In this document: positions 17,321-25,601 of the stretch, piece after piece | How the letters are laid out: each line of letters opens with the position of its first letter | Position numbering within the stretch: the stretch's first letter is position 1 | Assembly: GCA_001766815.1 (NCBI GenBank) | Contig: LYOS01000006.1 | Span: forward strand, 1 to 32,000 | Origin: Candidatus Syntropharchaeum caldarium | GTDB taxonomy: Archaea; Halobacteriota; Syntropharchaeia; Syntropharchaeales; Syntropharchaeaceae | DNA: 32,000 bases | Direction: 5' to 3' | The notes under the pieces: generated by a model | Told to the model about the DNA's origin: nothing | Database searches by the model: none | What the model saw: the letters and a program-made list of their open reading frames with translations, nothing else | Position numbers and translations under genes: made by a program

Positions 17321-19208
17321 TTACGAGAAAATAGGGTTTAAAGCGGGACTTGAGATTCACCAGCAACTTGATACATCCTGTAAATTGTTCTGTAGATGCC
17401 CTACGACATTATGCGATCCCGCAACTTCTAATTTTGAATTTTTCAGGTTCCTGAGGCCATCCAAAAGTGAAATTGGCAGGGTGGATCGTGCAGCAGAGGA
17501 AGAGTTTTCATACAATCGTAAATTTATCTATAAAGCCTATGATTCGACATGTCTGATTGAGAACGATGAAGAGCCACCGAGAATGCTTAATTCAGAAGCT
17601 TTGCGGGTTGCACTTATGATCGGATTGATGTTGAAGGTGGATCTTGTGGATGAGGTCCATACGATGCGAAAGATCGTGATCGATGGATCCAACACAACGG
17701 GTTTCCAAAAAACTGCGCTGATAGGGCTTGATGGAAAGATTGAAGTTGAGGGCGGTGATGTTGGTGTTAGTGTACTCTGTCTCGAAGAAGAGGCATGCCA
17801 GAAGATTGGGGAGGATGAGAGCTCTACAATCTACTCACTCGACAGGCTCGGAATACCACTTGTTGAGATTGGGACGTATCCTGATATAAAAAGTCCTGAA
17901 CATGCAAGACAGGTTGCAGAAGAGATCGGTATGATCCTGAGATCCACAGGCAGGGTTAAACGTGGTATCGGTACGATAAGGCAGGATATAAATGTCTCAA
18001 TCGAAAAAGGGGCAAGAGTCGAGATCAAGGGCGTTCAGGAACTTAAATTAATCGATAAAATTATTCAAAACGAAATTTCAAGGCAGTTGAACCTCCTCAA
18101 ACTCAGAGATGATCTTAAAAATAGAGGTGCTTCTGTAGTTAATGAGATATTTGATGTAACAGCGGTTTTTGCAGATACTGGCTCAAAGGTGATACGCAGG
18201 GAAATTAAATCCCGTGATGGCGCGGTTCTTGCTGTACTCCTCAGAGGGTTTAACGGGTTTGTTGGACGTGAAATCCAGGAAAACAGAAGGCTTGGGAGTG
18301 AGTTTGCAGATCGTGCAAAACGGTTTGGGCTTGGCGGAATCTTCCATACAGACGAGATGCCTGCATACGGGGTGAACGAGGAGGAGGTTGCAAGGCTCAA
18401 AAGTGCTGTTGGGGCGTCAGAAAATGATGCAGTTGTATTTGCAGCGGGTAGACGTGAGGTGCTTGAACGGGCACTTGATGCCGTCCTCATGCGGGCAGGC
18501 GAGGCTCTGGTTGGTGTCCCGGAGGAGACGAGACGTGCGCTTCCAGATGGCACAACAGCCTACCTCAGGCCACTTCCTGGCGCAGATCGGATGTATCCTG
18601 AGACAGATGTCCCACCAGTTGTGATCGATGATGAGATATTGCAGGATATTGAGATTCCTGAGCTTATCACAGCAAAAAAGAAGCGCTATGTAACCGAATA
18701 TGGGCTGAATGAAGAGATTGCAGGGGAGATTGTGCGATCAAGATATACAGGTGTATTCGAAGAAGCTGTTGCCGCCACGAACCTCCCTGCAAGTGTGATT
18801 GCAACCGCTCTGACATCAACACTCGTTGAGATCCGAAGAGAAGGAATAAATATAGATCGCATCAGGGATGAGGATCTCCTTGAGATGTTCAAACTGCTTG
18901 ACGCTGGTAAATTTGCAAAAGAAGCAATAGGCAACATCCTGAAAGAGATTGCGTCCAGTCCAGATACAGAACTTGCAATCATCGCTGAGAGGCTTGGTAT
19001 AGGAGGAGTTGATGAAGGTGAGATCGAAGAGATAATCGATGAAATTGTATCCTCCAGAAGATCATTTATTATCGAGAAAGGAACGCGGGCTGTTGGTCCG
19101 TTAATGGGTCCTGTGATGGAGCAGCTTCGGGGAAAGGTCGATGGTAAACTGGTCAATGCAATTTTGAGAAGAAAGATCGATGAGGTGCTTGAGGGTTGCG
19201 ACACCTGA
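17313..19208 (+). CDS. gatE: Glu-tRNA(Gln) amidotransferase subunit E (GatE), 631 aa, TTG start
   Basis: The N-terminus (M)[18 protein letters not shown] matches the typical GatE start. The only in-frame start after the TGA at 17307-17309 is TTG 17313, which overlaps the PAN stop by 8 nt. Confidence 0.92.
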   Translation: MHDYEKIGFKAGLEIHQQLDTSCKLFCRCPTTLCDPATSNFEFFRFLRPSKSEIGRVDRAAEEEFSYNRKFIYKAYDSTCLIENDEEPPRMLNSEALRVALMIGLMLKVDLVDEVHTMRKIVIDGSNTTGFQKTALIGLDGKIEVEGGDVGVSVLCLEEEACQKIGEDESSTIYSLDRLGIPLVEIGTYPDIKSPEHARQVAEEIGMILRSTGRVKRGIGTIRQDINVSIEKGARVEIKGVQELKLIDKIIQNEISRQLNLLKLRDDLKNRGASVVNEIFDVTAVFADTGSKVIRREIKSRDGAVLAVLLRGFNGFVGREIQENRRLGSEFADRAKRFGLGGIFHTDEMPAYGVNEEEVARLKSAVGASENDAVVFAAGRREVLERALDAVLMRAGEALVGVPEETRRALPDGTTAYLRPLPGADRMYPETDVPPVVIDDEILQDIEIPELITAKKKRYVTEYGLNEEIAGEIVRSRYTGVFEEAVAATNLPASVIATALTSTLVEIRREGINIDRIRDEDLLEMFKLLDAGKFAKEAIGNILKEIASSPDTELAIIAERLGIGGVDEGEIEEIIDEIVSSRRSFIIEKGTRAVGPLMGPVMEQLRGKVDGKLVNAILRRKIDEVLEGCDT

Positions 19209-19299
19209 TAAATTGATTGCCCTTTAAGAGGGGACGTTTATATATTATAATGAATATAAAGTGTATCACTTTAAAAAAAAATAAAACATCTATGGGGGG

Positions 19300-19458
19300 A
19301 TGATGATAGAAACTGAAATGGTTTCACCGCGAGATGTATTGATAAACTACGTCTCTGAGATGATTCAGCTCTCGTACCCACCGGTGCTCATTGGTGAGAA
19401 GGCTGCTGAATTTGTCGAATCGATCTGCGGTGTGGAGCTTCCAGAAATTTTGAGTTGA
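19300..19458 (+). CDS. small hypothetical protein, 52 aa (below the ORF-track cutoff)
   Basis: ATGATG at 19300 directly preceded by GGGGGG. AT-rich TTTATATATTATAA lies ~55-65 nt upstream. Product: MMIETEMVSPRDVLINYVSEMIQLSYPPVLIGEKAAEFVESICGVELPEILS. It fills an otherwise empty 282-nt gap. No family recognised. Confidence 0.35.
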   Translation: MMIETEMVSPRDVLINYVSEMIQLSYPPVLIGEKAAEFVESICGVELPEILS

Positions 19459-19490
19459 AGAAATATAACGACCTTTTGAGTGAGGTGGTG

Positions 19491-20507
19491 CTAACCACCC
19501 TTTCTAATATTTTTAACCACAACCTTCATACCCTCTTTTGCGTCAACCATTCTCAAACCATCGAGTATCTTTTCAATTGGGATCTGATCTGTTAAAAGAT
19601 ACCTGAGATCGAGCTTCCTGGATGCCATAAGCGTCAGCGCCTCTCGGTTCTGCCACGTCGTGCAACCGTATGCCCCGACCATTGTAAGTTCGTTGTAATG
19701 GATGATGTTTGGATCGAGTAACTGGGGATCATCCACAGATAAACCAGAGAATGCAATGACCTTTCCACGCCTTTTCACCTTCTTAATCCCTTTTATAAGT
19801 GCATCTGGATCTGAACATGCAGGAATCAGAATATCGACCTCATCCTGCACTGACTCAATCGAATCAAGAGCATCTATCTGGTATCTTCGCATGAACTCCC
19901 GTCGCTCTGGTAGTATCTCAACAATGTGAACCTTGGATGCCCCTGCAATCTGAGATAGATGATAGAAGATGTTTCCGATAGGTCCGCCTCCCACAATAAG
20001 TATCGTCTCATCAAACCCGATCTTGGCCATCTCAAGCCCATTTATACAGCATGCAACAGGCTCTGCAAGTGCTGCCTCCTCAAAAGAGAGGGGATCAGGG
20101 ATCGGATTGAGTGATCCAGAGGAAATTGCCGCTTCTGGAAGAAGCACATATTCAGAAAAACCACCATCATAGCTAAATCCCAATATCGAGATATTTTCAC
20201 AGAGATTGGATCTACCCTGCACACAGTACCAGCACCTTCCACAGGCAAACCCAGGTGCAACCTGTATCCGTTCTCCTTCCAGAACCTCTGTGACCTCCCT
20301 TCCGACCTCGACAACCGTACCTGCAACCTCGTGCCCGAGAATTCTTGGTAGCACAAGATCTCGCTGCCCCTGAGTGTACATCTTGAGATCAGTCCTGCAT
20401 ATCGTGGCTGCTCCGACTCTTAGAAGAACCTCGCGTGCGCCACAGGTAGGTGTATCCACATCTTCAATCTCAAGATTGCCTATTCCATGAAGAACCGCAG
20501 CCCTCAT
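19491..20507 (-). CDS. zinc-dependent medium-chain dehydrogenase/reductase (threonine/sorbitol dehydrogenase-like), 338 aa
   Basis: Catalytic Zn ligand region (ICRTDL, GHEVAG), structural Zn motif CGRCWYCVQGRSNLC and the GGGPIG dinucleotide fold. ATGA overlap with the upstream TrpD-like gene. Confidence 0.88.
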   Translation of the reverse strand: MRAAVLHGIGNLEIEDVDTPTCGAREVLLRVGAATICRTDLKMYTQGQRDLVLPRILGHEVAGTVVEVGREVTEVLEGERIQVAPGFACGRCWYCVQGRSNLCENISILGFSYDGGFSEYVLLPEAAISSGSLNPIPDPLSFEEAALAEPVACCINGLEMAKIGFDETILIVGGGPIGNIFYHLSQIAGASKVHIVEILPERREFMRRYQIDALDSIESVQDEVDILIPACSDPDALIKGIKKVKRRGKVIAFSGLSVDDPQLLDPNIIHYNELTMVGAYGCTTWQNREALTLMASRKLDLRYLLTDQIPIEKILDGLRMVDAKEGMKVVVKNIRKGG

Positions 20508-21601
20508 AACCCTGCAGCCTTTAACACAATCCCAAAACGCTCTTCACCAGTTGTGGGATCTCTGTTTTGCTCACACACCCATTTTTTGAGTGTATCGATC
20601 GGTTTACCACTTTGAATTAGTTCTCTTGCCATCAAAACTCCCTCTTCAAGGTCTTTTACCATATCAGTGATATAGAGAATCGGTGCAGTGTTTGCTACAA
20701 CGATATCCTCTCTTGCACCGTCCTCGATACCTGAGAGTATGCGAAGAAATGTCAGAGCAGCATCCTCTCTTGATGGAAGCGGCATGATTGCATCTTCACT
20801 CGATCTTGCAATCCCAAGCTCTTCTGGTGTGATCGTATAACTTGAGATCCCACCATCCTCATCAAGCTCACCGATTGTGGTCTCTCCAAGCGTTGAGATC
20901 TCATCCATGCCACGGCTACCGTCGTTGTTTTTGCCATGAAATACAAGTGCACGCTTATATCCAATCTCTCGCATCACCTGGAGGACGGATTCAATCATCT
21001 CCTCTGAATAAACGCCCCTTACGCCATAGCTTGGAAGTGCAGGATTTGCAAGCGAGGCTGCGATATTGAGTGTTGTTCCAAAGTGGATCTTTGAGAGGAT
21101 TCGAAAGAGTGCATATGGATGAACCTCAGGACTCATACCGTTGAAAAGACCAATCCCTGCACTTTCGATGCTTTTTTTGACAAGCTCGACCGGGCACTCA
21201 ACGTCCACCCCAACCGCCTCAGCGAGATCGACCGCACCACAACTTGAGGTGATCGCCCGTGCACCGTGTTTTGCCATGTAGATCCCTGCCGATGCTGCAA
21301 TGACCGATGCAGGGGTGCTGATATTGAATGTCTTCAGGAGATCCATCCCCGTCCCGCAGTTATCAACCAGCGGTCCAACAGATGGTGTGACCTTCACGGT
21401 ATCAAGCTCATAGATCGCCTCCCATGAGCCTGCAATCTCCTCAGGGGTCTCACCCTTTGTGACAAGTGCTGCCAGAAAAGCCCCCTGCTCCATCTCCTCA
21501 ACCTCATCACGGAGCACAACCTCAAACATCACCCGTGCCTCGCTGCGTGTGAGGTTGGAGCCACGTACAATATCCATGATCTTCGAGCCAAACGACTCCA
21601 T
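20504..21601 (-). CDS. anthranilate phosphoribosyltransferase-like protein (glycosyltransferase family 3, divergent TrpD paralogue), 365 aa
   Basis: TrpD fold signatures with altered motifs: GTGMD (canonical GTGGD), KHGAR (canonical KHGNR), GMDEIS retained. Start ATG 21601 has a GGAGGAGTGAGG SD and lies 2 nt after the cobT stop. Confidence 0.8.
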   Translation of the reverse strand: MESFGSKIMDIVRGSNLTRSEARVMFEVVLRDEVEEMEQGAFLAALVTKGETPEEIAGSWEAIYELDTVKVTPSVGPLVDNCGTGMDLLKTFNISTPASVIAASAGIYMAKHGARAITSSCGAVDLAEAVGVDVECPVELVKKSIESAGIGLFNGMSPEVHPYALFRILSKIHFGTTLNIAASLANPALPSYGVRGVYSEEMIESVLQVMREIGYKRALVFHGKNNDGSRGMDEISTLGETTIGELDEDGGISSYTITPEELGIARSSEDAIMPLPSREDAALTFLRILSGIEDGAREDIVVANTAPILYITDMVKDLEEGVLMARELIQSGKPIDTLKKWVCEQNRDPTTGEERFGIVLKAAGL

Positions 21602-21603
21602 CC

Positions 21604-22665
21604 TCACTCCTCCCTGTTTGAGACACCAGCTTCCTCGAATGTTGCCATCTCGCACAAAATCTTGCATGCTGCCTCGACGATCCCCATCGAAAGCGCAGCC
21701 CCGGTTCCTTCCCCAAGACGCAGGTCAAGATCGAGTACAGGCCTTAAGTTCAGGTGTTCGATGATTGCCCTGTGCCCTTTTTCAACCGATGAGTGCCCTG
21801 CAATCATGTAATCTCTGCTCTGCGGGGCAAGTTCTGCTGCAATAAGCGCGCCTGTACCTGATATGAAACCATCGACAACAATAGGGACCCTGTGAGAGGC
21901 TGCTGCAAGCATGGCACCTGCAATCCCACCAATCTCAAACCCGCCGACCTTTGATAGCACATCAATCGGATCTGATGGATCAGGGTTGTTCAGCGAGATC
22001 GCCTGCTTTATCAACCTGATCTTATTGAGAAGCCCCTCATCATCCACGCCTGTGCCCCTTCCTGTAACTTCTTCTGGTGGACGGCCAGTTATAACCGCTG
22101 TGATCGCACTTGAAGGGGTTGTATTTCCAATTCCCATATCTCCAAGAGCTACAATATCAACCCCTTTTGCATATTCAGATTCAAATACCTCTATGCCTGC
22201 TTTTATCGATTTGATCGCTTCATCTATTGTCATTGCAGGTTCTTTTGCCATATTTTTCGTTCCAAATCCGATCTTCTTAACAACAAGTGCTGGATTGGGT
22301 TCAAACTCTGCTGCAACACCCATATCAACGATGACAACCCTTGCTCCCACATGACGGGCCAGCACATTTATTCCCGCACCACCTGCAATGAAGTTATATA
22401 TCATCTGCGGTGTGACATCCTTTGGATAGGCGCTCACCCCATCTTCAGTCACACCATGATCTCCAGCCATCGTGATTACGACTTTGTTATTGAATGGAGG
22501 TGGTACCGCCTCACCTTTAATTCCTGCAACTCGAATTGATAACTCTTCAAGAAAACCGAGACTGCCTGTGGGTTTGGTGAGCACATTCTGCCTTGCCTGG
22601 GCCTCACGCATTGCATCGCTGTTTAGCGGTTCTATCTTTTCTATGACCTTCGCTATATCATTCAT
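21604..22665 (-). CDS. cobT: nicotinate-nucleotide--dimethylbenzimidazole phosphoribosyltransferase (CobT), 353 aa
   Basis: CobT family sequence throughout (LTKPTGSLGFLEEL, GDMGIGNTT, LRLGEGTGA). Confidence 0.9.
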   Translation of the reverse strand: MNDIAKVIEKIEPLNSDAMREAQARQNVLTKPTGSLGFLEELSIRVAGIKGEAVPPPFNNKVVITMAGDHGVTEDGVSAYPKDVTPQMIYNFIAGGAGINVLARHVGARVVIVDMGVAAEFEPNPALVVKKIGFGTKNMAKEPAMTIDEAIKSIKAGIEVFESEYAKGVDIVALGDMGIGNTTPSSAITAVITGRPPEEVTGRGTGVDDEGLLNKIRLIKQAISLNNPDPSDPIDVLSKVGGFEIGGIAGAMLAAASHRVPIVVDGFISGTGALIAAELAPQSRDYMIAGHSSVEKGHRAIIEHLNLRPVLDLDLRLGEGTGAALSMGIVEAACKILCEMATFEEAGVSNREE

Positions 22666-22687
22666 AAAATGTCATTTTAAAGAAGTA

Positions 22688-22695
22688 AATTTAAA
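22688..22695 (-). promoter_or_regulatory. candidate TATA box for the cobT operon (leaderless geometry)
   Basis: Minus-strand TTTAAATT centred ~26 nt upstream of the cobT ATG (22665). There is no SD between them. Confidence 0.4.
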
Positions 22696-22731
22696 TGTTT
22701 GGAATTGTAATACAGTTGTAATGTGATCTGG

Positions 22732-23127
22732 TCATCTAATATTTGCTTCCAGATGCATAACATATTTATGGAGGCTCTCAACGTCTTTTATCTCTTTTTT
22801 AACAAGTGATCTGAGCATTCCCCTCAACCTGCAATCTGGAATGATGCCCAGTGAACGGATGTATCGTGAGAGGAGTGATGTCATGCGATCTCCGCCACGA
22901 TCCCAGTCTGTTAAAAGAATCACATCTCTTGTACTCCTGCAAACAGCTTCACTGAAGTCGAGTAGCGGCATCTGCGAGACCACCATGATCGAATCTCTTA
23001 TCCCAAGCTCCAGCAGCGATTCTCTATCCTTCTTGCCTTCAACGATGAGGACAGCGCCATCTTCAAGTCGCGTATCGATCTCATCAAGCAGCTTATGGAT
23101 CTGTAAAAGTCTCTCCTGCCTGTTCAT
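22732..23127 (-). CDS. small Toprim-domain protein (UPF0292-like), 131 aa
   Basis: Toprim motifs: conserved Glu in LIVEGKKDRESL and DxD in LLTDWDRGGD. Size and layout are typical of the archaeal stand-alone Toprim family. Confidence 0.8.
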   Translation of the reverse strand: MNRQERLLQIHKLLDEIDTRLEDGAVLIVEGKKDRESLLELGIRDSIMVVSQMPLLDFSEAVCRSTRDVILLTDWDRGGDRMTSLLSRYIRSLGIIPDCRLRGMLRSLVKKEIKDVESLHKYVMHLEANIR

Positions 23128-23145
23128 GGTATCACAGCCAACGAA

Positions 23146-23448
23146 TCACTTTATTAATCTCCTTTTTATATCATCCTTTCTGATCCCTTTTAATTCTATC
23201 GTTTTGCGCCTGCTCTTTGCACCCCTGATGATCCTGATACCAGAGCGCTCCACCTCAAAGACATCTGCAAGAAAGAGAATTATGGCATCATTTGCCATCC
23301 CACGCTCCGCCCTTGCATCAATCTTCACCTCAAACGCACTTCGCCACTCATTGTACACGATCTCACGCTTCTTTGCACCTGGTGTCACGTAAACCTCGAT
23401 GGTAACTCCCTCCTCTTTCTCGCATATCGCATTCTCAAACGCACCCAT
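23146..23448 (-). CDS. DUF167/YggU (UPF0235) family protein, 100 aa
   Basis: YggU-like pattern (VYVTPGAKK...ERGMANDAIILFLADVF...IIRGAKSRRKTIEL). ATG 23448 overlaps the upstream stop by 1 nt (TGATG). Confidence 0.8.
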   Translation of the reverse strand: MGAFENAICEKEEGVTIEVYVTPGAKKREIVYNEWRSAFEVKIDARAERGMANDAIILFLADVFEVERSGIRIIRGAKSRRKTIELKGIRKDDIKRRLIK

Positions 23449-24209
23449 CAGAAGAACCTCGATAGCAGCGAACGCTCTGATAAACATTTATCCTGCAACA
23501 AACAGGTCTCACACAGCTCTGAGTCGAGTCTATCGGGTATCACACCACCCTTTATACGTCTCATCATCTTAAGCACTTTAAGAACATGTCTTCGATCAGA
23601 CTCCCTGATTTTAACCACTCGAACCTCTCCTTCCCTGATATATTCAACAAATCCTGTATCAATCACATCGCCTGTATCATCCTCAAGCAGGATCGCATAA
23701 GCTGTAACCCGCATTCGATCATCCTTCCATATCCCATTCTCTGGCATTCTCCCAGTTTTAATGATAACAGGTGTAGTAACGCCATCAGAATGTTCAAGAA
23801 CCTTGTCTGGCGAGCCTGAAAGAGAGAATCGCTTGGATGAGAGGAAACGCCCGATTTCAATGCTATCAACTACCATATCCACATAAAAGCTTCGGATACG
23901 TTCTGCAATTGCCATAATTCGCTCAGAGCATGAGATAATGCGCTCCCTGAACGCGTTAAAAACTTCGGGCTCGATCGATCCAGTTCGTTCACGGTAGATC
24001 ACACTGATATCATCAAGCAGAAGCTCGATCATCTCTTCAGTCACATCAATCTCGCTGATCTGATAGGATAGTTCTTTGTAGAACAGGTTATCAAGGAGTT
24101 GCTCAGACTCGGGGGCTACCTGGATGCCCTGATAATGCAGATAAAGCTTCTTCGGGCACGTGAGGTAAATCGGTATCTCAGAAACTTTCAGTTGAATATC
24201 AGCCTCCAT
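23448..24209 (-). CDS. Cas4-like / DUF83 PD-(D/E)XK-fold protein with a 4-Cys Fe-S signature, stand-alone, 253 aa
   Basis: N-terminal YLTCPKKLYL plus C-terminal CETCLLQDKC (C-x2-C-x5-C) match the Cas4/DUF83 cluster pattern. A GSPDKV motif is present. The expected ExK reads IIK and the QxxxY reads RVTAY. Confidence 0.7.
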   Translation of the reverse strand: MEADIQLKVSEIPIYLTCPKKLYLHYQGIQVAPESEQLLDNLFYKELSYQISEIDVTEEMIELLLDDISVIYRERTGSIEPEVFNAFRERIISCSERIMAIAERIRSFYVDMVVDSIEIGRFLSSKRFSLSGSPDKVLEHSDGVTTPVIIKTGRMPENGIWKDDRMRVTAYAILLEDDTGDVIDTGFVEYIREGEVRVVKIRESDRRHVLKVLKMMRRIKGGVIPDRLDSELCETCLLQDKCLSERSLLSRFF

Positions 24210-24223
24210 CAGTGAGGTTATAG

Positions 24224-24238
24224 ATTTAAAGAATAAAG
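24224..24238. promoter_or_regulatory. shared AT-rich TATA region of a 40-nt divergent intergenic spacer (Cas4-like gene and larA homologue)
   Basis: ATTTAAAGAATAAAG is the only AT-rich element between ATG 24209 (minus) and ATG 24250 (plus). Plus-strand TTTAAAG and minus-strand CTTTATTC each sit ~23-27 nt from the opposite-direction start, implying leaderless transcripts. Confidence 0.35.
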
Positions 24239-24249
24239 AGCTATCGAAA

Positions 24250-25506
24250 ATGATGAATATCTCACTGAATTACGGGCAGACGACATATAACATAGATGTG
24301 CCTGATGAGAACCTCCAGGCGATTCTGCTACCAGATGAGGTTCTGAAAGTGCCTGATGAAGCGGGTGCGATAAGAGACGCACTTCTAAATCCGATTGGGA
24401 CAAAAAAGCTTTCTGAAATTGCTGTAAACCGCAAAGACGCAGTTATTATCGTGAGCGATATCACACGACCCGTGCCATCACATAAACTTCTTCCACCGCT
24501 TATAGATGAACTCGTAGCAGGGGGGCTTGATACAGAAGATATAACCATTGTTTTTGCACTTGGATCGCATAGAAACCAGACAGACGAGGAGAAACGCCGT
24601 ATTCTTGGTGATGAGATCTTTGAAAAGATCAGGTGTATCGAGCATGATGTCAATGATTGCATCCAGATCGGCAGGACAGCTTCAGGGACGGTTGTTGAGA
24701 TCTTCAGGCCGGTTGTGGAGGCGGATCTCAGGGTATGCACAGGTTCGATCGAGGTTCATTACTTTGCGGGATACACAGGCGGCTTAAAGTCGATCCTGCC
24801 AGGGGTTTCATCGATGCGGACGATCGAGGAGAATCATCGTATGTTGCTCCAGGAGGATGCCAGAGGCGGTAATATCAATGGGCCGATCAGGCGTGATATA
24901 GAGGAAGCAGGACGGATGCTTGGGGTTGATTTTATCCTGAATGTTGTTTTAAACAGCAAAAAAAATATCGTGAAGGTTGTTGCGGGTGACCCAGTAGAAG
25001 CCCACAGAGCAGGGATTGAGGTTGTTGATCGGATGTACAAAACACCTGTGCAGCCATCAGATATCGTGATAGCCTCGGCTGGGGGATATCCAAAGGATTT
25101 GAACCTGTATCAGGCGCATAAAGCACTTGAAAATGCTTCAAATGCGGTAAAAGATGGTGGGACGCTGATACTTCTTGCCGAATGTATGGAGTGCTTTGCA
25201 AACTCAGAATTTGAGCGATGGCTGGCAGAGGCGGATATTCCACGCGACCTGCTCGATCGACTGGGGTGCGAATTCAGGATCGGGGGGCATAAGGCAGCGT
25301 GTATCGCGAGATTTCTTGAACGTGGGGAGGTTGTGCTTGTATCATCAATGGATGATGAGGACGTGAAGCAGGCGTTTATGAGACCTTCAGCATCTGTGGC
25401 AGAGGCGCTTGATTATGCACTGACCAAACATGGAAAGGATGCTTCGATCATTGTGATACCGTATGGTGGGTCGACCCTGCCTGTTGCAGGAGGGAAAGAA
25501 AATTAA
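24250..25506 (+). CDS. larA: LarA-family protein (nickel-pincer-dependent lactate racemase homologue, DUF2088), 418 aa
   Basis: LarA-like sequence over its full length (IVSDITRPVP, ALGSHR, HYFAGYTGGLKSILPG, LYQAHKALE). Confidence 0.8.
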   Translation: MMNISLNYGQTTYNIDVPDENLQAILLPDEVLKVPDEAGAIRDALLNPIGTKKLSEIAVNRKDAVIIVSDITRPVPSHKLLPPLIDELVAGGLDTEDITIVFALGSHRNQTDEEKRRILGDEIFEKIRCIEHDVNDCIQIGRTASGTVVEIFRPVVEADLRVCTGSIEVHYFAGYTGGLKSILPGVSSMRTIEENHRMLLQEDARGGNINGPIRRDIEEAGRMLGVDFILNVVLNSKKNIVKVVAGDPVEAHRAGIEVVDRMYKTPVQPSDIVIASAGGYPKDLNLYQAHKALENASNAVKDGGTLILLAECMECFANSEFERWLAEADIPRDLLDRLGCEFRIGGHKAACIARFLERGEVVLVSSMDDEDVKQAFMRPSASVAEALDYALTKHGKDASIIVIPYGGSTLPVAGGKEN

Positions 25507-25601
25507 AGGTTTTCCAAGAGCGCCAATTTTGATGCAGCGAGAAGAGAGGATACTCATAGTGCTCTTTGTGATCGCGATCCTGATGCTTGTTATGATCTAC
25601 A

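Noticed and set aside
22666-22731. Possible cobalamin riboswitch upstream of cobT.
   Set aside because: The spacer is only 66 nt, far too short for the ~200-nt cobalamin aptamer, and the TATA-to-ATG spacing implies a leaderless mRNA.
22732-24209. Cas4-like gene as an indicator of a CRISPR-Cas locus.
   Set aside because: No direct-repeat/spacer array and no cas1, cas2 or effector genes were seen anywhere in the window. The flanking genes are DUF167, Toprim and LarA. It is treated as a stand-alone DUF83 protein.
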